From: Bacteroidia bacterium | GTDB lineage: Bacteria; Bacteroidota; Bacteroidia; Flavobacteriales_D; Parvicellaceae | NCBI GenBank assembly: GCA_030426105.1 | Contig: JAUHZI010000002.1 | Span: 67,651 to 131,650, forward strand | Length of the DNA stretch: 64,000 nucleotides | Direction of reading: 5' to 3' | Shown here: in pieces, positions 26,810 to 36,030 of the stretch | Position numbering within the stretch: position 1 is the first letter of the stretch | How the letters are laid out: every line of letters begins with the position of its first letter | Notes under the pieces: generated by a model | What the model was told of the DNA's origin: nothing | Database searches by the model: none | The model's input: only the letters and a program-made list of their open reading frames with translations | Translations under genes and position numbers: made by a program

Positions 26810-29800
26810 ATGACCAAGTTAAGCTTAATTTTTGCTTTGTTACTGCCCCTGTTTTTATTTTCTCAAAGTATTCATCAACAGCAATCTAGCTATTATGCTT
26901 CTGTCGGAAAGACATGCGATTGGTATGAGAGTAATACGGTAGCAGCCCCTCCAGTTTCAAGAGTAAAATCAAATTGTAATCTTAATAAAATAGTTTATGG
27001 GTGGCATCCATATTGGGTTGGAAATACTTATCAAAATTACGATTGGGATTTGCTGAGTCATTTTTCATTTTTCTCATACGAGGTTGATGCCTCAACTGGA
27101 AATGCAAATTCGACACATGGGTTTGCAACTTCTTCTGCTGTTACTGCTGCAATTAACAGCGGGAATACTAAAGTAACTTTATGTGTTACATTATTTAGTG
27201 GTCATACAACATTTCTTAACAGTTCAAGTTCTAAACAAACATTAATTACCAACCTTATTAATTTAATTCAAAGTAGAGGAGCTCATGGTGTAAATATTGA
27301 TTTCGAAGGGCTGCCATCAAACCAAAAGACAAATTTTGCCAATTTTATGGTTGATTTAGCAAATCAGATGCATGCAGCGATTCCAAATTCGCATGTAAGT
27401 ACTGTTTTATATGCCGTTGATTGGAATGATGTTTTTGATTTTACAATTATGAACTCGGCCGTTGACCACTATATTATCATGGGGTACGATTATTATTGGA
27501 GTGGGAGTACAACAACTGGTCCTAATGATCCTCTTTTTCATTTTGGGTCAAACTATAACTTTACATTATCGAAATCTGTGACTTATTATTTAGATAAAGG
27601 ATGCCCTAAGAATAAATTATTTTTAGGACTTCCATATTATGGTAGGCAATGGAGTACAACAAGCACTACTGTTCCTGCTAGTACAACTGGTTCGGGAACA
27701 CCTGTATTATATAAGGATTTGATGATAAACTCTAGTGGTAATTATTCTGTAGGAAATCACCAATATGATAACGATAGTTATACTGATATTTATGTGTTTA
27801 ATAGTGGTGGTACAAAACAGTGTTTTATAACAAAGGACTCGGGAATGAGAAAAAGATTAGAGTTGATTAATAATACAGGTATTGCTGGAATGGGAATCTG
27901 GGCATTAGGTTATGACGATGGTTATAATACGTTTTGGTCTGCAATAGAGGATTACCTCACCGATTGTGCTGAACAACCATGCCCTGGAGAATTACATGAT
28001 TTTGGTGGCCCAACAAGAGATTACTATAATAATGAAGATTATACGTGGACAATAGCTCCTCCAAATGCAGGGAGTATCACAGTTAATTTTTCGTCATTTA
28101 GCTTAGAAAACAACTTTGATTTTCTATATGTTTACGATGGTCCTAATACAAGCTCTCCTCAGGTTGCAGGAAGCCCATTTACAGGAACATCAATACCTGC
28201 TAGTTTTACATCTTCTATTGGAGCGCTAACATTTAGGTTTACATCAGATGGAGGTAATACTAGTGCTGGCTTTAATGGAACATATACTTGTGCTAATGGA
28301 AGTTCAGTTCCTACGACAACAATTAATTCTAATAATCAGTGGAAGATAGCAGATTTTAATACCTCTTTTACAGACCAAGATAATGTTGGTGTAACAGACA
28401 GTTTTTATTTAGTTGCCGACTATGATGGAGCTGAGTGGAGGTCAAATGCCTTAAGAAACTTTTTATATGAGAAATTTGATTTAGCAAGTTTACATAGCGA
28501 TTGGTCGTCTCATGTAGGAACCTGGAATGTTGTTTCCAATGAATTAAAACAAACAGATGAGGTGTCAACCAATACTAATATTAGTATACCTATTAGCCAA
28601 AACAATCAAAATGAATATTTATATGAATGGAAGGGAAAGGTTGAAGGAACAGGAACAAATAGACGTTTTGGGATGCATTTCTTTTGCGACGATCCAACAC
28701 AGACCAACCGAAACAACTCTTATTTAGTTTATTGGTATCCTGACCAAGGCAAATGCCGTTTGCATAAAGCGACAAATAATACCTTAGCTTTTATAACAGA
28801 AACAAATGTTAGTTTTAATCCAAGTTCGTGGTATAATTTTAAGGTTTATTACAACCCAACAACAGGAGAGATTAAAGCATATTTAGATGGTGTTTTAACA
28901 TTGTCTTATACTGATTCTGCTCCGTTGCAATCTGGAAATGCTGTTTCATTAAGGACTGGGGAAGCTGTTGGTTATTTTGATGATATTAAAGTTTTTAAAA
29001 GTAGAGGAACTAATGTTTCGGTTACTATTGGTGGTGCAACAGATGATATTAGGTATCAAAACCCTACTCCATCTACCCCAGCTGGAAGAATTGAGTCAAT
29101 TGTTTTGGATGGTAATGAAAACTGGTCTACAACTGCTGTACAGCTTGAAAATATCGATTGGACTGCACCAAGTGCAATTACAATTAATGACGGTGTTAGC
29201 TCAGATATTAATACGTTTAGTACTCCTAATCAAATTCAGGCAAATTGGACAGCTTCGTCCGATTCAGAGTCTGGATTACTTGAATATTTATATGCTGTGG
29301 GAACGACTAGTGGAGGTACAGATATTGTGAATTGGACCAGTAATGGAACAAGTGTTTCAATGACACATACTGGTTTGTCATTAGTAAATGGAACAACCTA
29401 TTATGTCTCTGTTAAAGCTGTAAATAATGCAACGTTAGAAACAGCTCTAATTAGTTCTGATGGACAGACATTACAAGGGTCTGGAGGAGCTCCTTACGCT
29501 AATTTTACCTATTCAACAACTGTGATTTGTCCTGGAGATTCTGTGCAATTTATTAATAGCTCGTTGAATGCGACAACCTTTTCGTGGTCTTTTGGGCAAG
29601 GGAGTCCTGCAAGTAGTTCGCTTGAAAATCCAAGTGTAGTTTTTCCGAATTCAGGGACGTATACAGTCTCTTTAGTAGCGATTGGTCCTGGCGGAACAGA
29701 TATCTCTACCCAGAATATAAATATTGTAATTTCAGATGCTCCAACAGCAGCATTTGTGCCATTAAACAACCCTATATACCTTCCAAATGCCACAGCCTAT

Positions 29801-30265
29801 TTTGTAAATAATTCAAGTAATGCAAATAATTATAGTTGGGATTTTGGGAATGGTGCAACATCAACAGATGAATCTCCATGGACGATCTATTCTACTACAG
29901 GAACATATACTGTAACTTTAATTGTCGACAATGGGGTGTGTGGAAGTGACACTGCAACTTTTGATGTTGAGGTGATGAATAATGTTGGAATAAATGAAAA
30001 TATACTCAGTAATCATGTTAAGTTTTATCCTAATCCATTTAGTGCTAATTTAGCGCTTGAATTTATAGCGCAAGAATCACAAATGGTAACTTTTGAGGTT
30101 TATAATGTTGTTGGAGAGCTTGTGTTAAACAAAAACTTTGATGTAATAGAAGGAAATAATTTTATTGACTTGGAAAGTGATCTAAAGTTATTAGCAAAGG
30201 GAAGTTATTATACAATATTAAGAGCTAATTCTGGTGCTTTTAGTCAAAAAATCGTTAAAAAGTAG
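26810..30265 (+). CDS. T9SS-secreted mosaic protein: GH18 glycosidase-like, CUB-like, LamG/concanavalin-like, FN3-like, 2x PKD, C-terminal sorting domain
   Basis: GH18 core GAHGVNIDFEGLP and MGYDYYW...LPYYGRQW...GIWALGYDD. CUB-like segment GELHDFGGPTRDYYNNEDYTWTIAPPNAGSITVNFSSFSLENNFDFLYVYDG...FRFTSDGGNTSAGFNGTY. PKD signatures (FSWSFGQGSP..., YSWDFGNGATS...GTYTVTLIV). CTD FYPNPFSANLALEF...GSYYTIL. Confidence 0.8.
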   Translation: MTKLSLIFALLLPLFLFSQSIHQQQSSYYASVGKTCDWYESNTVAAPPVSRVKSNCNLNKIVYGWHPYWVGNTYQNYDWDLLSHFSFFSYEVDASTGNANSTHGFATSSAVTAAINSGNTKVTLCVTLFSGHTTFLNSSSSKQTLITNLINLIQSRGAHGVNIDFEGLPSNQKTNFANFMVDLANQMHAAIPNSHVSTVLYAVDWNDVFDFTIMNSAVDHYIIMGYDYYWSGSTTTGPNDPLFHFGSNYNFTLSKSVTYYLDKGCPKNKLFLGLPYYGRQWSTTSTTVPASTTGSGTPVLYKDLMINSSGNYSVGNHQYDNDSYTDIYVFNSGGTKQCFITKDSGMRKRLELINNTGIAGMGIWALGYDDGYNTFWSAIEDYLTDCAEQPCPGELHDFGGPTRDYYNNEDYTWTIAPPNAGSITVNFSSFSLENNFDFLYVYDGPNTSSPQVAGSPFTGTSIPASFTSSIGALTFRFTSDGGNTSAGFNGTYTCANGSSVPTTTINSNNQWKIADFNTSFTDQDNVGVTDSFYLVADYDGAEWRSNALRNFLYEKFDLASLHSDWSSHVGTWNVVSNELKQTDEVSTNTNISIPISQNNQNEYLYEWKGKVEGTGTNRRFGMHFFCDDPTQTNRNNSYLVYWYPDQGKCRLHKATNNTLAFITETNVSFNPSSWYNFKVYYNPTTGEIKAYLDGVLTLSYTDSAPLQSGNAVSLRTGEAVGYFDDIKVFKSRGTNVSVTIGGATDDIRYQNPTPSTPAGRIESIVLDGNENWSTTAVQLENIDWTAPSAITINDGVSSDINTFSTPNQIQANWTASSDSESGLLEYLYAVGTTSGGTDIVNWTSNGTSVSMTHTGLSLVNGTTYYVSVKAVNNATLETALISSDGQTLQGSGGAPYANFTYSTTVICPGDSVQFINSSLNATTFSWSFGQGSPASSSLENPSVVFPNSGTYTVSLVAIGPGGTDISTQNINIVISDAPTAAFVPLNNPIYLPNATAYFVNNSSNANNYSWDFGNGATSTDESPWTIYSTTGTYTVTLIVDNGVCGSDTATFDVEVMNNVGINENILSNHVKFYPNPFSANLALEFIAQESQMVTFEVYNVVGELVLNKNFDVIEGNNFIDLESDLKLLAKGSYYTILRANSGAFSQKIVKK

Positions 30266-30376
30266 AAGGTAAATTGACAGAAATTGGTAAAAAACTGATA
30301 AAATCCCATTGTTGTTTCGTGAAAATTTATAACTTAGTCTCTTTCATAGGAAGGCTACCCCAGAAAACCCCTTTTT

Positions 30377-32623
30377 ATGAAGTATATAAGTCTTATATTT
30401 AGTTTTTTATTTGTAGCTGTTATTAATAACTTTTACAGTCAAGTTATTGTTTCTTCTTCTCCTGAATCTTCATGTGATGGCAGCCCTGTAACATTAAGTG
30501 CTACAGCTCCTACAAATTGTTCTGTATACACCAATTCAACAATAACCTTTGCTCCACAAGCAGTCTCAGGTTCTGCTACAACTGTTTCATTGTCTGATGA
30601 TGCTGTGTCAGGGTTTCAACCAATAGGATTTACATTTAATTTCTTTTGTAACGACTATACGGATTTTAGAATTTCTTCTAATGGTTTTATTACCTTTAAC
30701 AATAGTGGTTCGAATGGATGTTGTTCAGGGCAAAATATACCTAATGGTTCTAACCCGAATAACTTGATTGCGTTTGCTTGGGAAGATTTGGATCCAGGAA
30801 ATGGAGGCCAGCCTGCAGAAAATTTAATTCGTTATGAAACGATAGGAACAGCTCCAAATCGAATTTTAATAGTAGACTTTTTTAATGTAGATCACTACCC
30901 AAACAATAATAATGTAACAGTTCAATTACTGCTGTATGAAACAACCAATGTTATAGAAATTCATACAACTAATATGCCTAGTGATGGAGGTAGACATACA
31001 ATGGGAATTGAAAATGCGAATGGAACAGTTGCTTATACTGTAGCTGGAAGAAATCGTTCAAATTGGTCTACTTCCAATGAGGGTATTCGTTTTAGCCCAG
31101 TAGCATGTACAGGTGTGACTTATGATTGGCAAAGTCCATTAGGAACAAGTATAGGTTCAGGAAGCTCTATTGTTGTTTCGCCAAGTGTTCCTACGACTTA
31201 TTATGCAGTTGTAAATAGTTCATGTGGAACAGAAACAGCATCTAGAAACCTTAACGTATTATCGATTGATGCTGGTAATGATCAATGTACAGGAGGAGGA
31301 ACGATTACTTTGTATCCTAATACTACATTTCCTACAACATGTGATGATTATGATGTAACAACGATTGCTTTTTCTCCTCAGTCCTTATCTGGATCAGCAA
31401 CAACAGTCTCATTATCTGATGATGCAATGTCTGGAGCTCTGCCAATAGGATTTACATTTAACTACTTTTGTAATGATTATACCCAGTTTTATTTATCTTC
31501 TAATGGCTTTATTTCTTTTAGTTCTGGTCAACCAAATGGGTGTTGTTCAGGTCAAAATTTACCAAATGGATCGGCTCCAAATAACCTAATAGCTTTTGCT
31601 TGGGAGGATCCAGATCCAGGAAACGGAGGTCAACCTGCTGAAAACTTATTAAGGTATGAAACGATAGGGACAGCTCCAAATCGAATTTTAATAGTAGATT
31701 ACTTTAATGTAGATCATTATCCGAATGGTAATAATATGACAGTTCAAATGTTATTGTATGAGAGTAATAGCTCGATAGAGGTGCATACTACAACAATGCC
31801 AACTGATGGAGGAAATCATACAATGGGAATTGAAAATATTGATGGGACAACAGCATTTACAGTAGCTGGTAGAAATGCAGCAAGTTGGTCTGCTACAAAT
31901 GAAGGGATTCGCTTTTCTCAAAAGAACGCTTCTGTTGTAACTTGGTCTCCTGGCACTGGGTTGTCAAGTACTACAGTTTTAAACCCGTTAGCTTCTCCAG
32001 CTACAAGTACAGATTATACAATAACATTGGATGATGGGAATGGTTGTATCTTAAGTGATGTGGTTAATGTGAGCCCAGCTTGTCCTTTGCCTATAGAATT
32101 GGTTAACTTTAAAGGAGAATGTTTGGACAAAGGGGTGTACTTTAACTGGACAACAGCATCTGAAATAAATAATGATTACTTTGATATTGAGCGATACGAC
32201 GAATATAGTGGTAAATGGGTCAGCTTAGCAAAAATAGAAGGAGCAGGAAATAGTAGTGAGTTCCTGTCGTATGAACATTTAGTTTCAACAACAAGTAAAG
32301 GAGGTTATTACAGATTGAAACAAACAGATTTTGATGGGGAATATGAGTATTCATCAATCGAACATGTTACTTGTAATAATCAAAATATTGAAGTAACTGG
32401 ATATCCTAATCCAGCTGCAGGAGAATATGTGATCTTTATTAATGATGAAGACTTAAGGTTTGCAGAAATCTCAATCTATAATGGTATGGGAGAAATAGTT
32501 CTTAATTATGGAACACAAGAAAACAGGACAACATTAGATGTTTCCAGTCTAAAAAAAGGTGTTTATAATGTTAATGTTGTTACAAAATACTATTCAAAAG
32601 TTATCCGTTTAATTAAGCTTTAA
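30377..32623 (+). CDS. T9SS-secreted protein with two tandem copies of a ~194-aa NIDO-like domain
   Basis: Signal peptide present. The two copies (aa 48-241 and 322-515) are highly similar by eye. The C-terminal region reads FNWTTASEINNDYFDIER...YRLKQTDFDG, followed by the sorting domain GYPNPAAGEYVIF...GVYNVNVV...IRLIKL. Confidence 0.8.
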   Translation: MKYISLIFSFLFVAVINNFYSQVIVSSSPESSCDGSPVTLSATAPTNCSVYTNSTITFAPQAVSGSATTVSLSDDAVSGFQPIGFTFNFFCNDYTDFRISSNGFITFNNSGSNGCCSGQNIPNGSNPNNLIAFAWEDLDPGNGGQPAENLIRYETIGTAPNRILIVDFFNVDHYPNNNNVTVQLLLYETTNVIEIHTTNMPSDGGRHTMGIENANGTVAYTVAGRNRSNWSTSNEGIRFSPVACTGVTYDWQSPLGTSIGSGSSIVVSPSVPTTYYAVVNSSCGTETASRNLNVLSIDAGNDQCTGGGTITLYPNTTFPTTCDDYDVTTIAFSPQSLSGSATTVSLSDDAMSGALPIGFTFNYFCNDYTQFYLSSNGFISFSSGQPNGCCSGQNLPNGSAPNNLIAFAWEDPDPGNGGQPAENLLRYETIGTAPNRILIVDYFNVDHYPNGNNMTVQMLLYESNSSIEVHTTTMPTDGGNHTMGIENIDGTTAFTVAGRNAASWSATNEGIRFSQKNASVVTWSPGTGLSSTTVLNPLASPATSTDYTITLDDGNGCILSDVVNVSPACPLPIELVNFKGECLDKGVYFNWTTASEINNDYFDIERYDEYSGKWVSLAKIEGAGNSSEFLSYEHLVSTTSKGGYYRLKQTDFDGEYEYSSIEHVTCNNQNIEVTGYPNPAAGEYVIFINDEDLRFAEISIYNGMGEIVLNYGTQENRTTLDVSSLKKGVYNVNVVTKYYSKVIRLIKL
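30518..31099 (+). repeat. intragenic tandem duplication, copy 1
   Basis: In-frame repeat with an offset of exactly 822 nt (274 codons) and no indels seen. It includes a long identical stretch ACAGCTCCAAATCGAATTTTAATAGTAGA (near 30851 and 31673). Confidence 0.85.
31340..31921 (+). repeat. intragenic tandem duplication, copy 2
   Basis: See copy 1. The protein-level alignment CSVYTNSTITFAPQ.../CDDYDVTTIAFSPQ... runs through ...NEGIRFSP/NEGIRFSQ. Confidence 0.85.
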
Positions 32624-32630
32624 AAGACAA

Positions 32631-33938
32631 TCAAAACTGGAAGGAAGTTTTTGTGTTAACAGTGGCTTTTAATTCATGTAAGATTGAAAATAAACCAAAG
32701 TATGCTCTGTTGATGTATAGAATGTGTCTAGATCCCCTAGCCGCTCCATTTTTTCTAACATCTTTACTTTTAGAGAGTTCTTCTCCTTTAGCGTATATTT
32801 TATTGAAGTACTCTTCATCTGAAAAATCAAAAGATGCTACTGTGAATGGGTAGATTAATAAATGAAGAGATTCTTTGAAGATGTTGAAAAAGAAAGTTTT
32901 TGCTTCTTCAGTATCATCTTCATATAAAAACTCGAGGTAATAGAACAGTTTTCTTAATTTTTCATCGTTATTAAAGTACGCTGGGTTAATGAGTTGAAAA
33001 TAGTTTTGGTAGAATTCTTCAGGAATATGTTTTACACAACCAAAATCTAAGACACCGATATCTCCTTGTTCATCAAAGAGGAAATTTCCAGGGTGAGGGT
33101 CTGCATGAATAGCTTTGAGGTTATTAACATGAAAATCATACATGTCCCAAAGATGCTGCCCAGCTTTATTTCTTAATTCTTGAGATGGATTTGTTTTCAG
33201 AAATTGATCCAAATGCATGCCATCTAGCCAATCCATTGTAAGTATTCTTTTTGCAGAAAGTTCGGGGTAGTATTTAGGAAATTTAATGCCTTGCAGGCTT
33301 TTGCTAGCCTCACTAATTTCAATAGATTGTTTTAGTTCGAGTTCATAGTCGGTTTCCTCTAGAAGTTTACTTTCAACCTCTTCAAAATATCTTTTAACTT
33401 CTTTTTCTTTTAATCCAAGCATTTTCATAGCAATAGGCTTCACCATTTTTAAATCAGAGTGAACACTTTCTGCAACACCTGGGTATTGAACTTTTACAGC
33501 AAGTTTTTTACCGTTTTTCTCAGCTAAATGAACTTGTCCAATTGAGGCAGCATTTACTGCGTTTTTAGAAAATGAGTCAAAGAGTTCTGTTGGGGTTTTA
33601 GAAAAGAGTTGTCTAAACGTTTTAACGACAAGTGGATATGACAATGGAGGAGCACTATATTGAGCTAGAGAAAACTTGTCAATCATGGCCTTAGGGAGTG
33701 TGTTTTTATCCATGCTCATAATTTGAGCGACTTTTAAAGCGCTGCCTTTCAATTCGCTTAAAGAGTTGTAAATATCTTCAGCATTATCTTTGTCCAATTG
33801 TTCTTTAGCTTCATCCTTGTCGCCAACAGCCGATTTAGCATAGTATTTGACATAATTACCTCCTAGTTTAGCACCAGTAGAAATTAGTTTAGCTGCACGT
33901 TTAACTTTACTTGTCGGAATTTTATTTTGCTCTTTCAT
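32631..33938 (-). CDS. ABC1/UbiB (AarF) family atypical kinase
   Basis: Motifs ASIGQVHLA, KVQYPGV, HADPHPGNF and DFG. Confidence 0.85.
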   Translation of the reverse strand: MKEQNKIPTSKVKRAAKLISTGAKLGGNYVKYYAKSAVGDKDEAKEQLDKDNAEDIYNSLSELKGSALKVAQIMSMDKNTLPKAMIDKFSLAQYSAPPLSYPLVVKTFRQLFSKTPTELFDSFSKNAVNAASIGQVHLAEKNGKKLAVKVQYPGVAESVHSDLKMVKPIAMKMLGLKEKEVKRYFEEVESKLLEETDYELELKQSIEISEASKSLQGIKFPKYYPELSAKRILTMDWLDGMHLDQFLKTNPSQELRNKAGQHLWDMYDFHVNNLKAIHADPHPGNFLFDEQGDIGVLDFGCVKHIPEEFYQNYFQLINPAYFNNDEKLRKLFYYLEFLYEDDTEEAKTFFFNIFKESLHLLIYPFTVASFDFSDEEYFNKIYAKGEELSKSKDVRKNGAARGSRHILYINRAYFGLFSILHELKATVNTKTSFQF

Positions 33939-34012
33939 CTAGGAACCAATTTAGGGAACTCCCAATAAAGTTACGAAATAAAAGAAAATGAGCTGTTTTA
34001 ATAATTGTTAAA

Positions 34013-34669
34013 TTAATAAGCTTTGTTTTGGTAAGCAAATTTTAGAAAGTCAATTAATAAATCTATAGGTCCTTTCTTAAGTAATTCAAAAATTAATGCG
34101 CTTGTCTTTTCAATAGCAGCATCAGTCGTTTGAAAGTCTTTACTTTCATCATTAATCCAAACTCTTAAGATGTATAAGAATTGTCCCCAAAATACTTCAT
34201 CGTATTTTTCTGTGATAATTGGTCGAGTTGCTATTTCTTCAGATTCTAATCCTTTATTTACGATCTCTTTAACCCAATTATTATACAAAGTTCTAAATGT
34301 TGCCAAGCTTTTAGGTCGAAAATCTTTACGACTAAGCTCACCAACTTTAAGGACAATAAAACTTCTATTTTGTTTAAATACCTCAATTATTGTATAAAGG
34401 AATGAAAGGACTTTTTCATGTGAAGTATATGAAGCAAATTCAGAATCTTGATTTAAAGCATTAATTGTTTCGTCAAAAAAATGTTCCCAAATGGAGCTTT
34501 CTAATACTTTAAAAGAATTAAATGCAGCATAAAAGTCTGTTTCACTAATTTCAAGCTGTTCACAGAAAGCAAAAACCGTCACAGGTGGTTTCCCATTTCT
34601 AAGTAAATACAAAATGTACTCATTCTGTATTAATGCTTTCAAATCAATATTCTCTACTCCTTCATTCAT
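34013..34669 (-). CDS. TetR-like transcriptional regulator (tentative)
   Basis: 218 aa. The N-terminal HTH-like region is YLLRNGKPPVTVFAFCEQLEISETDFYAAFNSF, followed by a helical C-terminal domain. It lies upstream of the ABC1 kinase gene. Confidence 0.55.
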   Translation of the reverse strand: MNEGVENIDLKALIQNEYILYLLRNGKPPVTVFAFCEQLEISETDFYAAFNSFKVLESSIWEHFFDETINALNQDSEFASYTSHEKVLSFLYTIIEVFKQNRSFIVLKVGELSRKDFRPKSLATFRTLYNNWVKEIVNKGLESEEIATRPIITEKYDEVFWGQFLYILRVWINDESKDFQTTDAAIEKTSALIFELLKKGPIDLLIDFLKFAYQNKAY

Positions 34670-34681
34670 GAATTACTATAG

Positions 34682-34689
34682 CAAAAGTA
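34682..34689 (-). promoter_or_regulatory. candidate -7 box (TACTTTTG on the minus strand)
   Basis: The plus-strand CAAAAGTA lies 13 nt upstream of the minus-strand ATG at 34669. Confidence 0.35.
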
Positions 34690-34754
34690 AGACGGAGTTT
34701 TCAAAATTACTAATAAAGTTTCTTAAAGTTTAGACCTTTGTATTTTCAAATAGC

Positions 34755-34762
34755 TATATTTG
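34755..34762 (+). promoter_or_regulatory. candidate -7 box (TATATTTG)
   Basis: Exact TAnnTTTG match 24 nt upstream of the ATG at 34786. It lies inside the ORF-track extension, which supports the 34786 start. Confidence 0.45.
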
Positions 34763-34785
34763 TTATCAAACCTACTCTAAAAGGA

Positions 34786-36027
34786 ATGCCAGAGCAAAAG
34801 CTAAAATCATTAAGACAACGATTAGAACTAAAAGAATTTAAACTAAATTCCCTTTTAGAAATAACAACTGCAATTAATGAAAACTTTTCAATAGATAAAC
34901 TTATTAAAATTTATGAGTACATCCTTAGGGAACAATTGGGAATAACCAAATTGGCATTGTATAACAATAATACAGATGAATGGAATACGTTGTTGAGATA
35001 TGGAGCTAAAGGATTGGCAAAAAAAATAGATGTTGAAAGAGATTTGTTGCATATAAAAGAGATAACGGTAATAGAATCATCATCTAATCCTGCCCTAAAC
35101 TCGTTTGATATTGCTATTCCTGTATTGCACAAGAATTTCCCGTTAGCATTTTTGTTGATAGGAGACTTAGAGGAGGAGGACATCATGATGAGTGCAATGG
35201 CGAGTAATATGCCTTTTATTCAAACATTAACCAATATTATCATGGTTGCAATTGAGAATAAAAGGTTTGCAAATAAAAGTATTGCTCAAGAGTTAACAAA
35301 TAAAGAGTTGGAGGTTGCAGCTCAAATGCAGTCAATGTTATTGCCTTCTAACCTCCCTTCCAACAATAGAATAGAGGTTGGGGCTCTATACGAAAGTTTG
35401 CAACTGATAGGGGGAGATTATTACGACTTCATTAAGTTGAATAATGAAGAGTTTGTATTTTGTATAGCAGATGTTAGTGGGAAAGGAATTCCAGCGGCAT
35501 TGCTTATGAGTAATTTTCAAGCCAACTTAAGAGCTAACGTTAAGTATAACCATAATCAATTATCAATGGAAGACTTAATTGTTGAGTTGAATAAAAATGT
35601 GAATGATGCTGCTCAAGGTGAAAAGTTTATTACGTTCTTTTTTGCGTATTACAATTGTACAACAAGGACATTAAAATATATCAATGCTGGACATAATCAC
35701 CCTATATTGTTTAATGGAGGAGAAACGGAGGATTTGAGTTCGGGGTGTATTGGTTTAGGGATGTTTGATGAGATACCACATATAGATGTTGGAGTGGTCA
35801 AAATAGAGCCAAACAGTATGTTGGTTTGTTTTACTGATGGATTAGTTGAGTTAGAAAATGCTGATGGAGAACAGTTTGAGACTGAGCGTTTGAAAAAAAT
35901 CGTATCAGAGAATAACCACCTTAAGATAAATGATTTAAACAAGTTGATATTTTTAGAGTTAGATCGCTTTAAGGGAAACCAAAAATATCTTGATGATACA
36001 GCAATTTTAAGTTGTCGCTTTTTTTAG
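34786..36027 (+). CDS. PP2C/SpoIIE-family serine phosphatase with an N-terminal GAF-like sensor region
   Basis: Motifs GGDYYDF, ADVSGKGIPAALLMS and DGLVE...DDTAIL. Confidence 0.8.
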   Translation: MPEQKLKSLRQRLELKEFKLNSLLEITTAINENFSIDKLIKIYEYILREQLGITKLALYNNNTDEWNTLLRYGAKGLAKKIDVERDLLHIKEITVIESSSNPALNSFDIAIPVLHKNFPLAFLLIGDLEEEDIMMSAMASNMPFIQTLTNIIMVAIENKRFANKSIAQELTNKELEVAAQMQSMLLPSNLPSNNRIEVGALYESLQLIGGDYYDFIKLNNEEFVFCIADVSGKGIPAALLMSNFQANLRANVKYNHNQLSMEDLIVELNKNVNDAAQGEKFITFFFAYYNCTTRTLKYINAGHNHPILFNGGETEDLSSGCIGLGMFDEIPHIDVGVVKIEPNSMLVCFTDGLVELENADGEQFETERLKKIVSENNHLKINDLNKLIFLELDRFKGNQKYLDDTAILSCRFF

Positions 36028-36030
36028 TAT

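Noticed and set aside
28368-29793. Several 60-120-aa ORFs within the 1151-aa GH18/CUB gene (both strands)
   Set aside because: They are alternative-frame or antisense ORFs inside a long, domain-rich CDS and have no independent signals.
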